The position numbers and the translations under genes were made by a program. Below the pieces are notes generated by a model. The model made no database searches. It was not told the origin of the DNA and was given only the letters and a program-made list of their open reading frames with translations. Shown here one piece after another: positions 16,688-24,720 of a stretch of 50,675 bases of DNA. Origin of the DNA: a virus (lineage: Duplodnaviria > Caudoviricetes); the IMG/VR virus record IMGVR_UViG_3300047510_001736, positions 1 through 50,675 of that record. One strand, written 5' to 3'. Numbering within the stretch: position 1 is the stretch's first letter; the number at the start of each line of letters is the position of its first letter.

Positions 16688-17523
16688 ACATCCACGCAAA
16701 CGTCCTTAACACCGCCGCGGCCGACAGCTTCCTTGATAACATCCGCAAAGATGTGTTGAAGATCACAGGCGATGCACTGAAGGAGAACTCCATTCAATCA
16801 ATCGCATCGTGCTATGCCACGCAAGATCCTCTCACCAAGAGGATGCTCACCGCGGCGATAACCTACGCCGAGGAGAGCTTGCAGAAATACAATGTCCTGA
16901 TTGAGGGGCCTTCTGGTACTGGTAAAGAACTCATCGCAAAGATCCTAGCACACAAACGGAAGCCTCTCAAAGCTATGAACATGGCTGGCTTGACTGATAC
17001 ACTTTTTCAGTCAGAGCTATTCGGCTACATGCCCGGCGCTTTCACCGGTGCTAAGTCTCGCGGGGATGTGGGCTTCCTAAGAGCAGTCGGCAAGGGCACT
17101 GCTTTCCTCGACGAGATAGGCGAGTTACCGCTGGCGCATCAAGCTAAGCTCTTAAGAGTCTTGCAGGATAAAACCGTATTGCCCGTCGGGGCTGTTGATC
17201 CCGTGCCTATTCAATGTCGCTTCGTTTTTGCGACGAATCGAGATCTGTTGAAGATGGTAAAGGAAGGCTCGTTTAGGGAAGACCTATACTTCCGCATTAA
17301 CGAACTCGGTCTGAAGACTCGCTCGTTGTATGATCGCGGGGTTCAGGAAATCCGTTGTGTCGCCAGCGCTATCATCGCCGAAGAAAACTGGACGCCTTTG
17401 GGGGAAAGGGAGCACTTCGGCGACGAGACATTCTCGTTTGGGAATGTCCGGGCGTTGCGTAATCTATTACTCAAGCGTGAACTCGGAGAGATTGAATTGC
17501 CGGAATATGATAAAGGAGAATAA
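16684..17523 (+). CDS. Sigma-54-dependent activator (bEBP AAA+ domain only)
   Basis: VLIEGPSGTGKE (Walker A), SELFGYMPGAFTGA, FLDEIGE (Walker B), QAKLLRVLQ, RFVFATNRDL, FREDLYFRIN, GNVRALRN. No receiver/GAF domain and no C-terminal HTH. Confidence 0.96.
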   Translation: MNIHANVLNTAAADSFLDNIRKDVLKITGDALKENSIQSIASCYATQDPLTKRMLTAAITYAEESLQKYNVLIEGPSGTGKELIAKILAHKRKPLKAMNMAGLTDTLFQSELFGYMPGAFTGAKSRGDVGFLRAVGKGTAFLDEIGELPLAHQAKLLRVLQDKTVLPVGAVDPVPIQCRFVFATNRDLLKMVKEGSFREDLYFRINELGLKTRSLYDRGVQEIRCVASAIIAEENWTPLGEREHFGDETFSFGNVRALRNLLLKRELGEIELPEYDKGE

Positions 17524-17527
17524 AGAT

Positions 17528-17857
17528 ATGGACAACCAACAATTATCAGACAAGTTCAGCCTCGACGGCATCGAACCCTACATGCTTCAAGTATCAAACC
17601 TGAACAAGCCACTCCTCACAATCCACGCCGACGGCCGTATTACCGTGTCCGAAGATCTCAAACCCACTGAGACAGCGGCCGAGGTGTTGAAGATCATGCA
17701 GGATATGTGGTTGCATGATCAGCAGGTTGTGAAGATAAAGGAGTTAAAAGAAAAGATCAAGCGGCTGGAGGAGACAGGAGATGAAATCGTAATCAATTAC
17801 GTTAACAGCCTGTCGGCCTTTGAACTGTGGCGCAAAGCCAAGGAGGCCAAACCATGA
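17528..17857 (+). CDS. Hypothetical protein
   Basis: Likely start MDNQQLS just after the activator stop; coiled-coil C-terminus. Confidence 0.6.
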   Translation: MDNQQLSDKFSLDGIEPYMLQVSNLNKPLLTIHADGRITVSEDLKPTETAAEVLKIMQDMWLHDQQVVKIKELKEKIKRLEETGDEIVINYVNSLSAFELWRKAKEAKP

Positions 17858-18051
17858 CCCCAGAAATCAAACTCCACGAACTCCCGCCCGATGATCCGCG
17901 AAGAAATACATTCCTCAAAGAACTCAACGTGCGTATTCGTTGCCGCCATACCAAAGCCACACGCGACCCGCGAACGTGGAAGATAAAGAATAATACCTAT
18001 AACCACCTTGCCGCAACGTGGCAAAATAACTTTGACTTTGTAGTCCTATGA
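17854..18051 (+). CDS. Small hypothetical protein
   Basis: Start MTPEIKL with ATGA overlaps. Confidence 0.6.
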   Translation: MTPEIKLHELPPDDPRRNTFLKELNVRIRCRHTKATRDPRTWKIKNNTYNHLAATWQNNFDFVVL

Positions 18052-18704
18052 ATATCTTTAATCAACAACCACAACCTCCGCAAGATCCAGCGGCCCTACT
18101 AAAACAGGCCGAAGCGTTACTAAATAAAACAGAGCGTAAACAAGGCTGGCCTTACTACGACATCAAGCATGCTGTGCAGTTTGCGCAGCTTGTCGTTAAG
18201 CTCTCTAAGATCCCCTCTAAGAAAGCCACCATCAACTCACTCACGCTAAGACAGCAGCCTCAAACCATCCGCGCCCGCCTCTCACAAGGCAAGGCTTTCC
18301 TCACAGACAAAGGCACCGCCGTGCTTCAAGGCGCCATCGACCCTGATGATATCCCGATCGTCGACGAGCTTAAAGAAAAGGTGCAGATCTCTGTGCGCAA
18401 AGTCAACCTCATCATCGAACTCGTCGAGCCTGTGGATAATATCCTCGACGCCATGACTCCTCTCATGGGCGGCACAGACGAAGATCCTACAACATTCAAC
18501 GAAGATGTCTTCCGCGAGGAGATCGTAGAGTTCATGAACAGCGGCGAGGTTGGAAGTCAGGCAAGCTGGCAGAACTACACCTCAAGTGCGGAGAAGTTCG
18601 CGCGACAGCTCGCCATGCAAGACAACACCATTATCATCGAAACAACGCCCACTGAACTTATCGTGATGAAGATGAGTGAGGAGATGTTGAAAGGTCTGGA
18701 GTGA
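18048..18704 (+). CDS. Hypothetical protein
   Basis: 218 aa with phage-typical codon usage; no motif recognised. Confidence 0.75.
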   Translation: MNIFNQQPQPPQDPAALLKQAEALLNKTERKQGWPYYDIKHAVQFAQLVVKLSKIPSKKATINSLTLRQQPQTIRARLSQGKAFLTDKGTAVLQGAIDPDDIPIVDELKEKVQISVRKVNLIIELVEPVDNILDAMTPLMGGTDEDPTTFNEDVFREEIVEFMNSGEVGSQASWQNYTSSAEKFARQLAMQDNTIIIETTPTELIVMKMSEEMLKGLE

Positions 18705-18725
18705 TAAGTAAAACACAACCACAAA

Positions 18726-19136
18726 ATGCAAATCTTCCTCCCATATCCCGACATCGAACAAAGCGCACGCGTGCTCGACACCCAGCGCCTGATGAAGCAG
18801 CGCGTCGAGTCTTATCAAATCCTCAACACAATCCAAGGTAAGTCAGAAGGCTGGCGCAGTCATCCCGCCGTCAAGATGGTGAAAGACTATCCAGCGTGGC
18901 TCTGTCTGTATAGCATCAAGATCTGCCAAGAAGCCCGGCGACGTGGCTATGTTGACAATCTCCTCCCGCACTTCGAGCAAGAGCTTATCAAATACCAATA
19001 CGTCATCCAGCCACACTGGCTCGGCTCTTATCTACACAAGACACATCAGAGTAATCTGATAAGAAAGAAACCAGACTATTACTCCATCAAGTTCCCCAAT
19101 ATCCCAGACAACCTACCATACTTCTGGCCTCTATGA
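18726..19136 (+). CDS. Pyrimidine-dimer DNA glycosylase / endonuclease V-like protein
   Basis: MQIFLPYPD....ARVLD..RL.KQRVE..QIL and GWRSHPAVKM signature of the DenV/MSMEG_6728-like family. Confidence 0.85.
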   Translation: MQIFLPYPDIEQSARVLDTQRLMKQRVESYQILNTIQGKSEGWRSHPAVKMVKDYPAWLCLYSIKICQEARRRGYVDNLLPHFEQELIKYQYVIQPHWLGSYLHKTHQSNLIRKKPDYYSIKFPNIPDNLPYFWPL

Positions 19137-19333
19137 ATCTATTCAACTGGTATCGCAACTGGCGCATACAGCGCATCGAAAGGAAGATCGCATACCTCGA
19201 AAAGTTCTGTGATTCTTTCCATGACAGAGAAGGGAAAGTTCCCTATATTGTATCAACCACTCACAGCCTACCCGAAAAACGCGCTAAGGTTGCTGAGCTT
19301 CGTAAGAAGATCTATCATCTCCAAGAGTTCTGA
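19133..19333 (+). CDS. Small hypothetical protein
   Basis: 66 aa, operon-packed. Confidence 0.55.
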   Translation: MNLFNWYRNWRIQRIERKIAYLEKFCDSFHDREGKVPYIVSTTHSLPEKRAKVAELRKKIYHLQEF

Positions 19334-19336
19334 CTT

Positions 19337-19783
19337 ATGAAAATCCTTATGATAGGTCTATCAATACTCGCCACAGAAACAACACTAGTCGCCCTTCAGC
19401 AAGACTTCAATGCGAAGCTTAGGGCACTATCCACAATCGAATCCAACGACAACGACAAAGCGAAAGGACGACACGGTGAACTCTCCCGATACCAACTCAA
19501 GCGATCAGTCTGGCGCCAGCATTTCCCTTCTGAGAAGGATGCTCGGCATATTCCGGCCGAGGCGCGGCGCTGTGCTAAAGCGCATCTATGCTGGCTGGAA
19601 CTCAGACTCTGTCTCGCCCAGCGAAAGAACACTCCAGATCCAAGAGATGTATACGCGGCCTGGAATCTCGGCCTTGCGGCTTTCTCAAGGAAAGATTACG
19701 ACTTCAACAGACTCAGCAAATCAGCCAAGGCAAAGTGCGAAAGATTCTATAACCTTTACAGCGACTACAGAAATAGCCAATAA
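19337..19783 (+). CDS. Lysozyme-fold lytic transglycosylase-like protein
   Basis: ALSTIES..NDKAKG..GE...YQL catalytic-Glu motif and YAAWNLG motif; hydrophobic N-terminus. Confidence 0.7.
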   Translation: MKILMIGLSILATETTLVALQQDFNAKLRALSTIESNDNDKAKGRHGELSRYQLKRSVWRQHFPSEKDARHIPAEARRCAKAHLCWLELRLCLAQRKNTPDPRDVYAAWNLGLAAFSRKDYDFNRLSKSAKAKCERFYNLYSDYRNSQ

Positions 19784-19787
19784 CAAC

Positions 19788-19985
19788 ATGAAAGAAACAA
19801 TCACAGACGCCATCGCCACTGAAGTAGATATCGCGAAGCCAAGAGAGTATTACTTCTATGCCTATCAGTATAGACTCAATGGCTCTTGGTTCTCGACTAT
19901 GCTGTACGACACGCCTGAGAAAGCCTCAGAGAACACCACAGATAAAGCTATCGTGCGCAGAAAATTGTGCTGTGTTGTTCTATGA
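19788..19985 (+). CDS. Small hypothetical protein
   Basis: Likely start MKETITDA within ORF 19410..19985. Confidence 0.55.
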   Translation: MKETITDAIATEVDIAKPREYYFYAYQYRLNGSWFSTMLYDTPEKASENTTDKAIVRRKLCCVVL

Positions 19986-19988
19986 CCT

Positions 19989-20219
19989 ATGAGCGCATCA
20001 GATAACTCCAATCTCAACGAACTCGACCTTCTTCTCGGGCTACCAAAACCCGTAGAAGAGATGACAGACAAAGAGCTTGAGAAGTTTCTTCTCAAACACT
20101 TTCCTCATACCCGCCCAACAGGCACCGATCTTGCGTCCCTGCTCAACGATCCTCTGCTAAAAGGCATAGACGTTCAAGCCATCATCAATCAAACTCAGAA
20201 CTTCAAACTGAAGAAATAA
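19989..20219 (+). CDS. Small hypothetical protein
   Basis: 76 aa, operon-packed. Confidence 0.65.
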   Translation: MSASDNSNLNELDLLLGLPKPVEEMTDKELEKFLLKHFPHTRPTGTDLASLLNDPLLKGIDVQAIINQTQNFKLKK

Positions 20220-20224
20220 TTTTT

Positions 20225-20305
20225 GAGCTACTCAGCGCGTACTGCAAGCTGTTCTTGCGGCAGGGTTTTTGACGGTTTCCCCTGGGACGGCGCGCTGGGT
20301 AGCTC
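20225..20305 (+). ncRNA. Candidate structured RNA element (three-way junction) followed by a U-rich tract
   Basis: 15-bp closing stem 20225-20239/20291-20305 with inner stems 20242-20248/20254-20260 and 20261-20265/20280-20284; G-U pairs fit the + strand. Confidence 0.5.
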
Positions 20306-20337
20306 TTTCTTTTCTCTTTCTTTTTCTTAAATAACAA

Positions 20338-21264
20338 ATGAAAATAACATACAAAGACTTGCCGCACGAAGGTATCCCGGCAGTTATCCCCATCAACGCT
20401 TCTGGATTAAAGATCTCAGCCTGTCCGAGGCGCTGGTTCTTTACGGTCTTCTTAGGTCTAAAACCTCAAGAAGATATCACCGCCTTGACGGTGGGTAAAA
20501 TTATTCACAAGTTCGCAGAGAACGTAGCCTTTGACCGCAGTGGAGAGAAGTGGCAAGAAGCCTGTATGGAGGCATTCAAAGAAGCGAAGGAGAAGAATCT
20601 TCCCACCAAGGATCAAGACCAGATTCGCAAGGCTCTCACGGCGGCGCCTCTGTCGTCCTTACCACAACCCCTCAAATTCGGCGATAATCGCGGCGCAGAG
20701 TTTCACTTCAACATTCCCATTACTTATCGCCCGGGCTTTGCTTATGTCGGCACCGTTGACGTTCTCTCCGTGACGCCCGCCGGGATCATTCAGATCACAG
20801 ACTATAAGACGACGCGCAAGTACGCATTCAAAGACGCCGTGGCGGGCTACGAAGGCGACACGCAGTTCTCTTATTACTATTACATCTTCCAGCGTTTCGC
20901 CTATGAGATCTTCAAAGACGACATCAACTATGCAAACTCTGCATGGTATCGTCGTATGGTAATTCGCACGTTGATCGTCCAGATCTCTCTCCCTTCACCA
21001 GCATGGCGCATCGGTCCTGATTGGAGCTTCACGGAGGAGCAGCTTGATGAGTTCGGAAAGGAGGTTCAAGAGCGTGTTACGACCTTTGATCACATTATCC
21101 ATGAAGCGCTGGCCCACGATAAGCTCCCGCCGCCTAGCGGCAAAGCGTGCAATGCCTGTCCGAGCTGCCCCTTCAAGCGAATCTGCTTTGCGCAGAACGC
21201 TGTGCAGCTTGAACTCTTTTTGTCGGAGTGCTCGATTGTTAAATATCAGCCTCTAACATGGTGA
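20338..21264 (+). CDS. PD-(D/E)xK Cas4/RecB-like exonuclease
   Basis: SACPRR, GKIIH, GTVD...ITDYKT, QFSYY, C-terminal CNACPSCPF (Fe-S-type cysteines). Confidence 0.85.
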   Translation: MKITYKDLPHEGIPAVIPINASGLKISACPRRWFFTVFLGLKPQEDITALTVGKIIHKFAENVAFDRSGEKWQEACMEAFKEAKEKNLPTKDQDQIRKALTAAPLSSLPQPLKFGDNRGAEFHFNIPITYRPGFAYVGTVDVLSVTPAGIIQITDYKTTRKYAFKDAVAGYEGDTQFSYYYYIFQRFAYEIFKDDINYANSAWYRRMVIRTLIVQISLPSPAWRIGPDWSFTEEQLDEFGKEVQERVTTFDHIIHEALAHDKLPPPSGKACNACPSCPFKRICFAQNAVQLELFLSECSIVKYQPLTW

Positions 21265-21286
21265 GTAAAAAATAAAATAAAAACAT

Positions 21287-21982
21287 ATGGAAACATCCCC
21301 TCAAGTAAAACCTCAATGGCCAAAGACCCTCATCGCACTCGTTGGCCCGAGTGGCTCAGGCAAGTCTACGTCCTTCCGCAACGTCGATCCCGCGCGCACC
21401 GTTATCTTCGACGCCGAGCGAAAGGGTATGCCGTTTCGTGTGCGCGACGAGAAGCTCGTTGTGCCGATCGACAGCTATGATAAGCTCACGGTCGAACTTA
21501 ACAAAGTAAAGAAAGACACAACGAAAGATCTGGTCGTAATCGACTCAATCACTGCGGCCATTGACCAACTTCAGGTCAAGTGTGAACAAATCTACAAAGG
21601 CTTCGACATCTGGAAGAACTACAACGACGGCATCCAGACTTTGTGCACGAATCTCAAGTCTCTTGACAAAACCGTCATCATCACCGGCCTAGAGGAAATC
21701 GTTCCCATTCAAGGTCTCGACGGGAGTATGACTACTCGACGCCGCTTGTATGTCCAAGGTAAAGAGTGGGCAAACAAAGGCATCGAGTCTGAGTGTCTCG
21801 CTGTGTGGTCTGTCTATGCGAAGAAAGAAAAGGGATCTGACACGATCCAATACTTCTTCGCCACGCAGACCGATGGCGTCACGACCGCGAAGACTCCGAT
21901 CTTCTGGGGCTTGCCTAATCCTATGGAGAATTGTGTTGTGAAGGCGTTGAATAAGATCGCTGCTGAACTCTCTAAACCCTAA
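21287..21982 (+). CDS. AAA_24 / Sak4-like ATPase (annealing protein)
   Basis: GPSGSGKST, FDAE, VVIDS; sits between a Cas4-like nuclease and an SSB-like gene. Confidence 0.8.
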   Translation: METSPQVKPQWPKTLIALVGPSGSGKSTSFRNVDPARTVIFDAERKGMPFRVRDEKLVVPIDSYDKLTVELNKVKKDTTKDLVVIDSITAAIDQLQVKCEQIYKGFDIWKNYNDGIQTLCTNLKSLDKTVIITGLEEIVPIQGLDGSMTTRRRLYVQGKEWANKGIESECLAVWSVYAKKEKGSDTIQYFFATQTDGVTTAKTPIFWGLPNPMENCVVKALNKIAAELSKP

Positions 21983-21986
21983 TACT

Positions 21987-22247
21987 ATGAGCATTGAAAC
22001 TATCGCACCTGTCCCAACTAACACGGCTTTCCTAGAAAAGGAACGCGTCGACATTCGGCTCTGCCTCACAATCAAGCGTAACCCACAGACGGGTGAAGTT
22101 AAAGCGTACGTCAATCAACTAGACCTCACTAACTATGATGGTCTTATTGATAATGTTCCTGAGTTTCTTCAAGAGTATAACATAAGATATGGTATAGGTA
22201 TCTTCATAGAAGCTGCAAAGAATCATCTATCAAACGTGGCCCAATAA
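21987..22247 (+). CDS. Small hypothetical protein
   Basis: 86 aa, operon-packed. Confidence 0.55.
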   Translation: MSIETIAPVPTNTAFLEKERVDIRLCLTIKRNPQTGEVKAYVNQLDLTNYDGLIDNVPEFLQEYNIRYGIGIFIEAAKNHLSNVAQ

Positions 22248-22252
22248 AAGCT
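22237..22252 (+). promoter_or_regulatory. Sigma-54-type promoter for the SSB-like gene (ARAAGCT class)
   Basis: TGGCCCAATAAAAGCT (GG-N10-GC); 20/21 nt identical to the 27133 site over GGCCCAAKAAAAGCTCCCTCC. Confidence 0.75.
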
Positions 22253-22301
22253 CCCTCCCATTTGTCGGTGCTAGTAAACAAAACAAAAAACAAAACAAAA
22301 A

Positions 22302-22814
22302 ATGAAAAAAGGTACTGAAGTCAAGATCGGATTCATCCCCGCGAACGTGTATAAAGTTCTGGTCCACAAGACCGAGACTCGCCAGAGCGCGAAGGGTTTC
22401 AAGATGGTTGTCTGTGAGTGCGAGATCATTGCGCCCGAGACTGCTGCGGCCGCTGGCGTGACCTATAAGACGCTCGGTTCGAAGGGCAACATGTACATCA
22501 TGCTGGAGAACAAGAACGGAGTTGACTCCGCGCTTGAACTGCTGGCTTCGTCGCTCCAGACCGTCGGTCTGTATGACGGATTGCCCGACGACTATACCGA
22601 CGTGGACGTGGCTGAGGCTCTTGCTTCTCTGCAAGGTCAGGCTTTCAACATGCTCGTTCAGTCGCAGCCTGAGTATGTTACGGATGACCCGTCGAACTCC
22701 CGCGATCTCAAGTTCGCCAAGCGCGACGAGAACGGCGAGGCTATCGTCAAGCGCTACAACACCCAGTTTGACTTCTCTCAAGTCAAGGGCGCTGCGTCGC
22801 CGCTGGCTTTCTAA
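22302..22814 (+). CDS. Probable ssDNA-binding protein (DUF669-like)
   Basis: IPANVYKVLV...SAKGFKM pattern, position after the Sak4-like gene, strong codon bias, terminal Phe. Confidence 0.6.
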   Translation: MKKGTEVKIGFIPANVYKVLVHKTETRQSAKGFKMVVCECEIIAPETAAAAGVTYKTLGSKGNMYIMLENKNGVDSALELLASSLQTVGLYDGLPDDYTDVDVAEALASLQGQAFNMLVQSQPEYVTDDPSNSRDLKFAKRDENGEAIVKRYNTQFDFSQVKGAASPLAF

Positions 22815-22853
22815 GTCTCAGCGATAGAGTGGTTGCTATCACAGAGACACGCG

Positions 22854-22950
22854 CCTCTTAGGAAGATTGCGAGACTTTCTAAGAGGTTTCTTTCCTCAAG
22901 ACATATCCCCATCGCACCGCTGGCAGACCGGAAATAGTCTGCCTTTTCTT
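22854..22950 (+). terminator. Two tandem terminator-like hairpins
   Basis: CCTCTTAGGAAG/CTTTCTAAGAGG + TTTCTTT (22854-22893) and GGCAGAC/GTCTGCC + TTTTCTT (22922-22950). Confidence 0.7.
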
Positions 22951-22974
22951 TCGCCTAAAAATAACCTTCTCTTT

Positions 22975-23289
22975 ATGTGGACATTTGAAGCAGGCTTAGC
23001 TTGGTGCTGTCAGGCAAATACACGGCTCGTCGACCATAACCTACATACGGCTCTAACCGGAAGCGTTCTATTCAAAGGATCTTCTGGGAAAGATCTTGAC
23101 GTTATTATTTATCCTCATAAGACTAGTTGTCCGAGTCCTTTGATTCATGAAATATGCAACATGCTGAGTCTTAGATTTGTACAGGATCGCACAGGCGCGC
23201 ATAATAGATATTCTGAAAAAGACTCCAAGAGAGTCTACCACACAGAAACCTTCGACGGCAAACGTATTGACCTCTTTCTCCTCCAATGA
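22975..23289 (+). CDS. Minimal nucleotidyltransferase (Pol beta superfamily)-like protein
   Basis: Likely start MWTFEAG; hG[GS] motif LTGSV, DxD motif KDLDV, third acid in RIDLF. Confidence 0.6.
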   Translation: MWTFEAGLAWCCQANTRLVDHNLHTALTGSVLFKGSSGKDLDVIIYPHKTSCPSPLIHEICNMLSLRFVQDRTGAHNRYSEKDSKRVYHTETFDGKRIDLFLLQ

Positions 23290-24716
23290 TAGCCCTCGTT
23301 CTGCATGGACCCTCGCGCTTTGATAAAGAAAACAACGGAATACTTCTTGGACCCGCCGGAGATTTTGTTCGTGGTGTGCTTGCTGGTCATAGCATTGATC
23401 TGGACGATCCGAACGCTGTCTTCGTCACCTTCGCCGACGACTTCTTCAAAGGCGCAAACAAACCAAGTGGAATCAAGAAGATCATTTTCGCCGGAGCTAA
23501 AAGCCTTGATTATCTACCAGCAGCTAAAGGAAAAACCCTAGACGCCTTTCGCGGCGTTGTTTACACCTCACCCACAAAGACGCAATACATCGTAACCTAT
23601 TGGCCCCAAGATTGTGTGGACGCTTGGGCCGTCGAAGACTCTCTTGAAGGCGAAGGCGACAATGAAGACATCCTCGACAAAGACGACGGCAAGAGCACAA
23701 GCCCCACTAAAAGATCCAATTACAGTTTTTGGTTTGCACAAGACATCAAGAAACTCCTAACATATGACCCCGAAAAAGTTCAACCTGAACCCCAAACCGT
23801 CTCTTGCCAAAGAGCCGATGAGGCAACAAGAGTCTTTAACTACGACGGACCAATCTTCTTCGACATCGAGACTCACCCCAAAACCAACACCCTCACCTGC
23901 TTGGCCATTGCGTGTGGCGAAAGTCCTGTGTATTCTGTGCCTGTGTATGATTGGGGTGGCAATCTTAATGTCGGTGTGGTTTTCTTTGCTCGCCTCGTTA
24001 GAGAGATGAAGAAGCGTAGAGTGGTTATTCACAACGCCCTCTTCGATCTCTGCTTTCTCGCCGCCTTCTACAAGATCCCATTCGGCACAGATATCTACGA
24101 TACGATGGTCGCTGGGCATCGAATCTTTCCCGAGGCCGAGAAGTCTCTAGCCCATCAAGCAACGATCTACTCCAACAGACCCTTTCATAAAGATGAAGCA
24201 GGGAACTTTGATCCTCGCAATCGAGCACAATTTGAGCAGCTCCGCGCTTACAACGTTAAAGACGTTATTGTGCTCCGAGAGATTTACCTCGGTCAGCTTG
24301 AAGTCTGCAGACACGACAGCGGACTTCAAGATTCAGTCGATCAAGCTAGTAAATCCCTCGCAGACTATGCATTCATGTCACTGCACGGAATGCACTTCGA
24401 CCCTGTTAAAAGAGGTGCTATCGTCCGACGCTGTGAAGAACGCTATAAACAACTCGCCCGGGTCCTCAAAATCCTCGTAGGCTTCGACCTCAACCCCGGC
24501 AGCCCGGATCAAGTAGTGAATTATCTGCACACTCAGATGCGCTACAAGGCCGAGAAGACAACAGACAAAGGCGCGCCGTCGGTCGCGGGTGACGCTTTAT
24601 ATAAGATCAAACTCAAGCATCCGAAGAACGTCGCCATCGACGTAATCTTCGAGATGCGTCGTATGGTTAAGCTGAAAGGTATGTTAGGATTTCAACAATG
24701 GATTTGGGAATATTAA
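23286..24716 (+). CDS. polA: DNA polymerase A, N-terminal subunit (degenerate UDG-like + 3'-5' exonuclease + thumb)
   Basis: Exo I FFDIET, Exo II HNALFDL, DTMV, Exo III YNVKDV; GMHFD and LNPGSPDQV thumb motif; N-terminus resembles family-4 UDG. Confidence 0.88.
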   Translation: MIALVLHGPSRFDKENNGILLGPAGDFVRGVLAGHSIDLDDPNAVFVTFADDFFKGANKPSGIKKIIFAGAKSLDYLPAAKGKTLDAFRGVVYTSPTKTQYIVTYWPQDCVDAWAVEDSLEGEGDNEDILDKDDGKSTSPTKRSNYSFWFAQDIKKLLTYDPEKVQPEPQTVSCQRADEATRVFNYDGPIFFDIETHPKTNTLTCLAIACGESPVYSVPVYDWGGNLNVGVVFFARLVREMKKRRVVIHNALFDLCFLAAFYKIPFGTDIYDTMVAGHRIFPEAEKSLAHQATIYSNRPFHKDEAGNFDPRNRAQFEQLRAYNVKDVIVLREIYLGQLEVCRHDSGLQDSVDQASKSLADYAFMSLHGMHFDPVKRGAIVRRCEERYKQLARVLKILVGFDLNPGSPDQVVNYLHTQMRYKAEKTTDKGAPSVAGDALYKIKLKHPKNVAIDVIFEMRRMVKLKGMLGFQQWIWEY

Positions 24717-24720
24717 GTTT

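Noticed and set aside
20225-20305. tRNA gene
   Set aside because: No T-loop GTTCRA, no D-loop or anticodon arm pattern, and the closing stem is too long.
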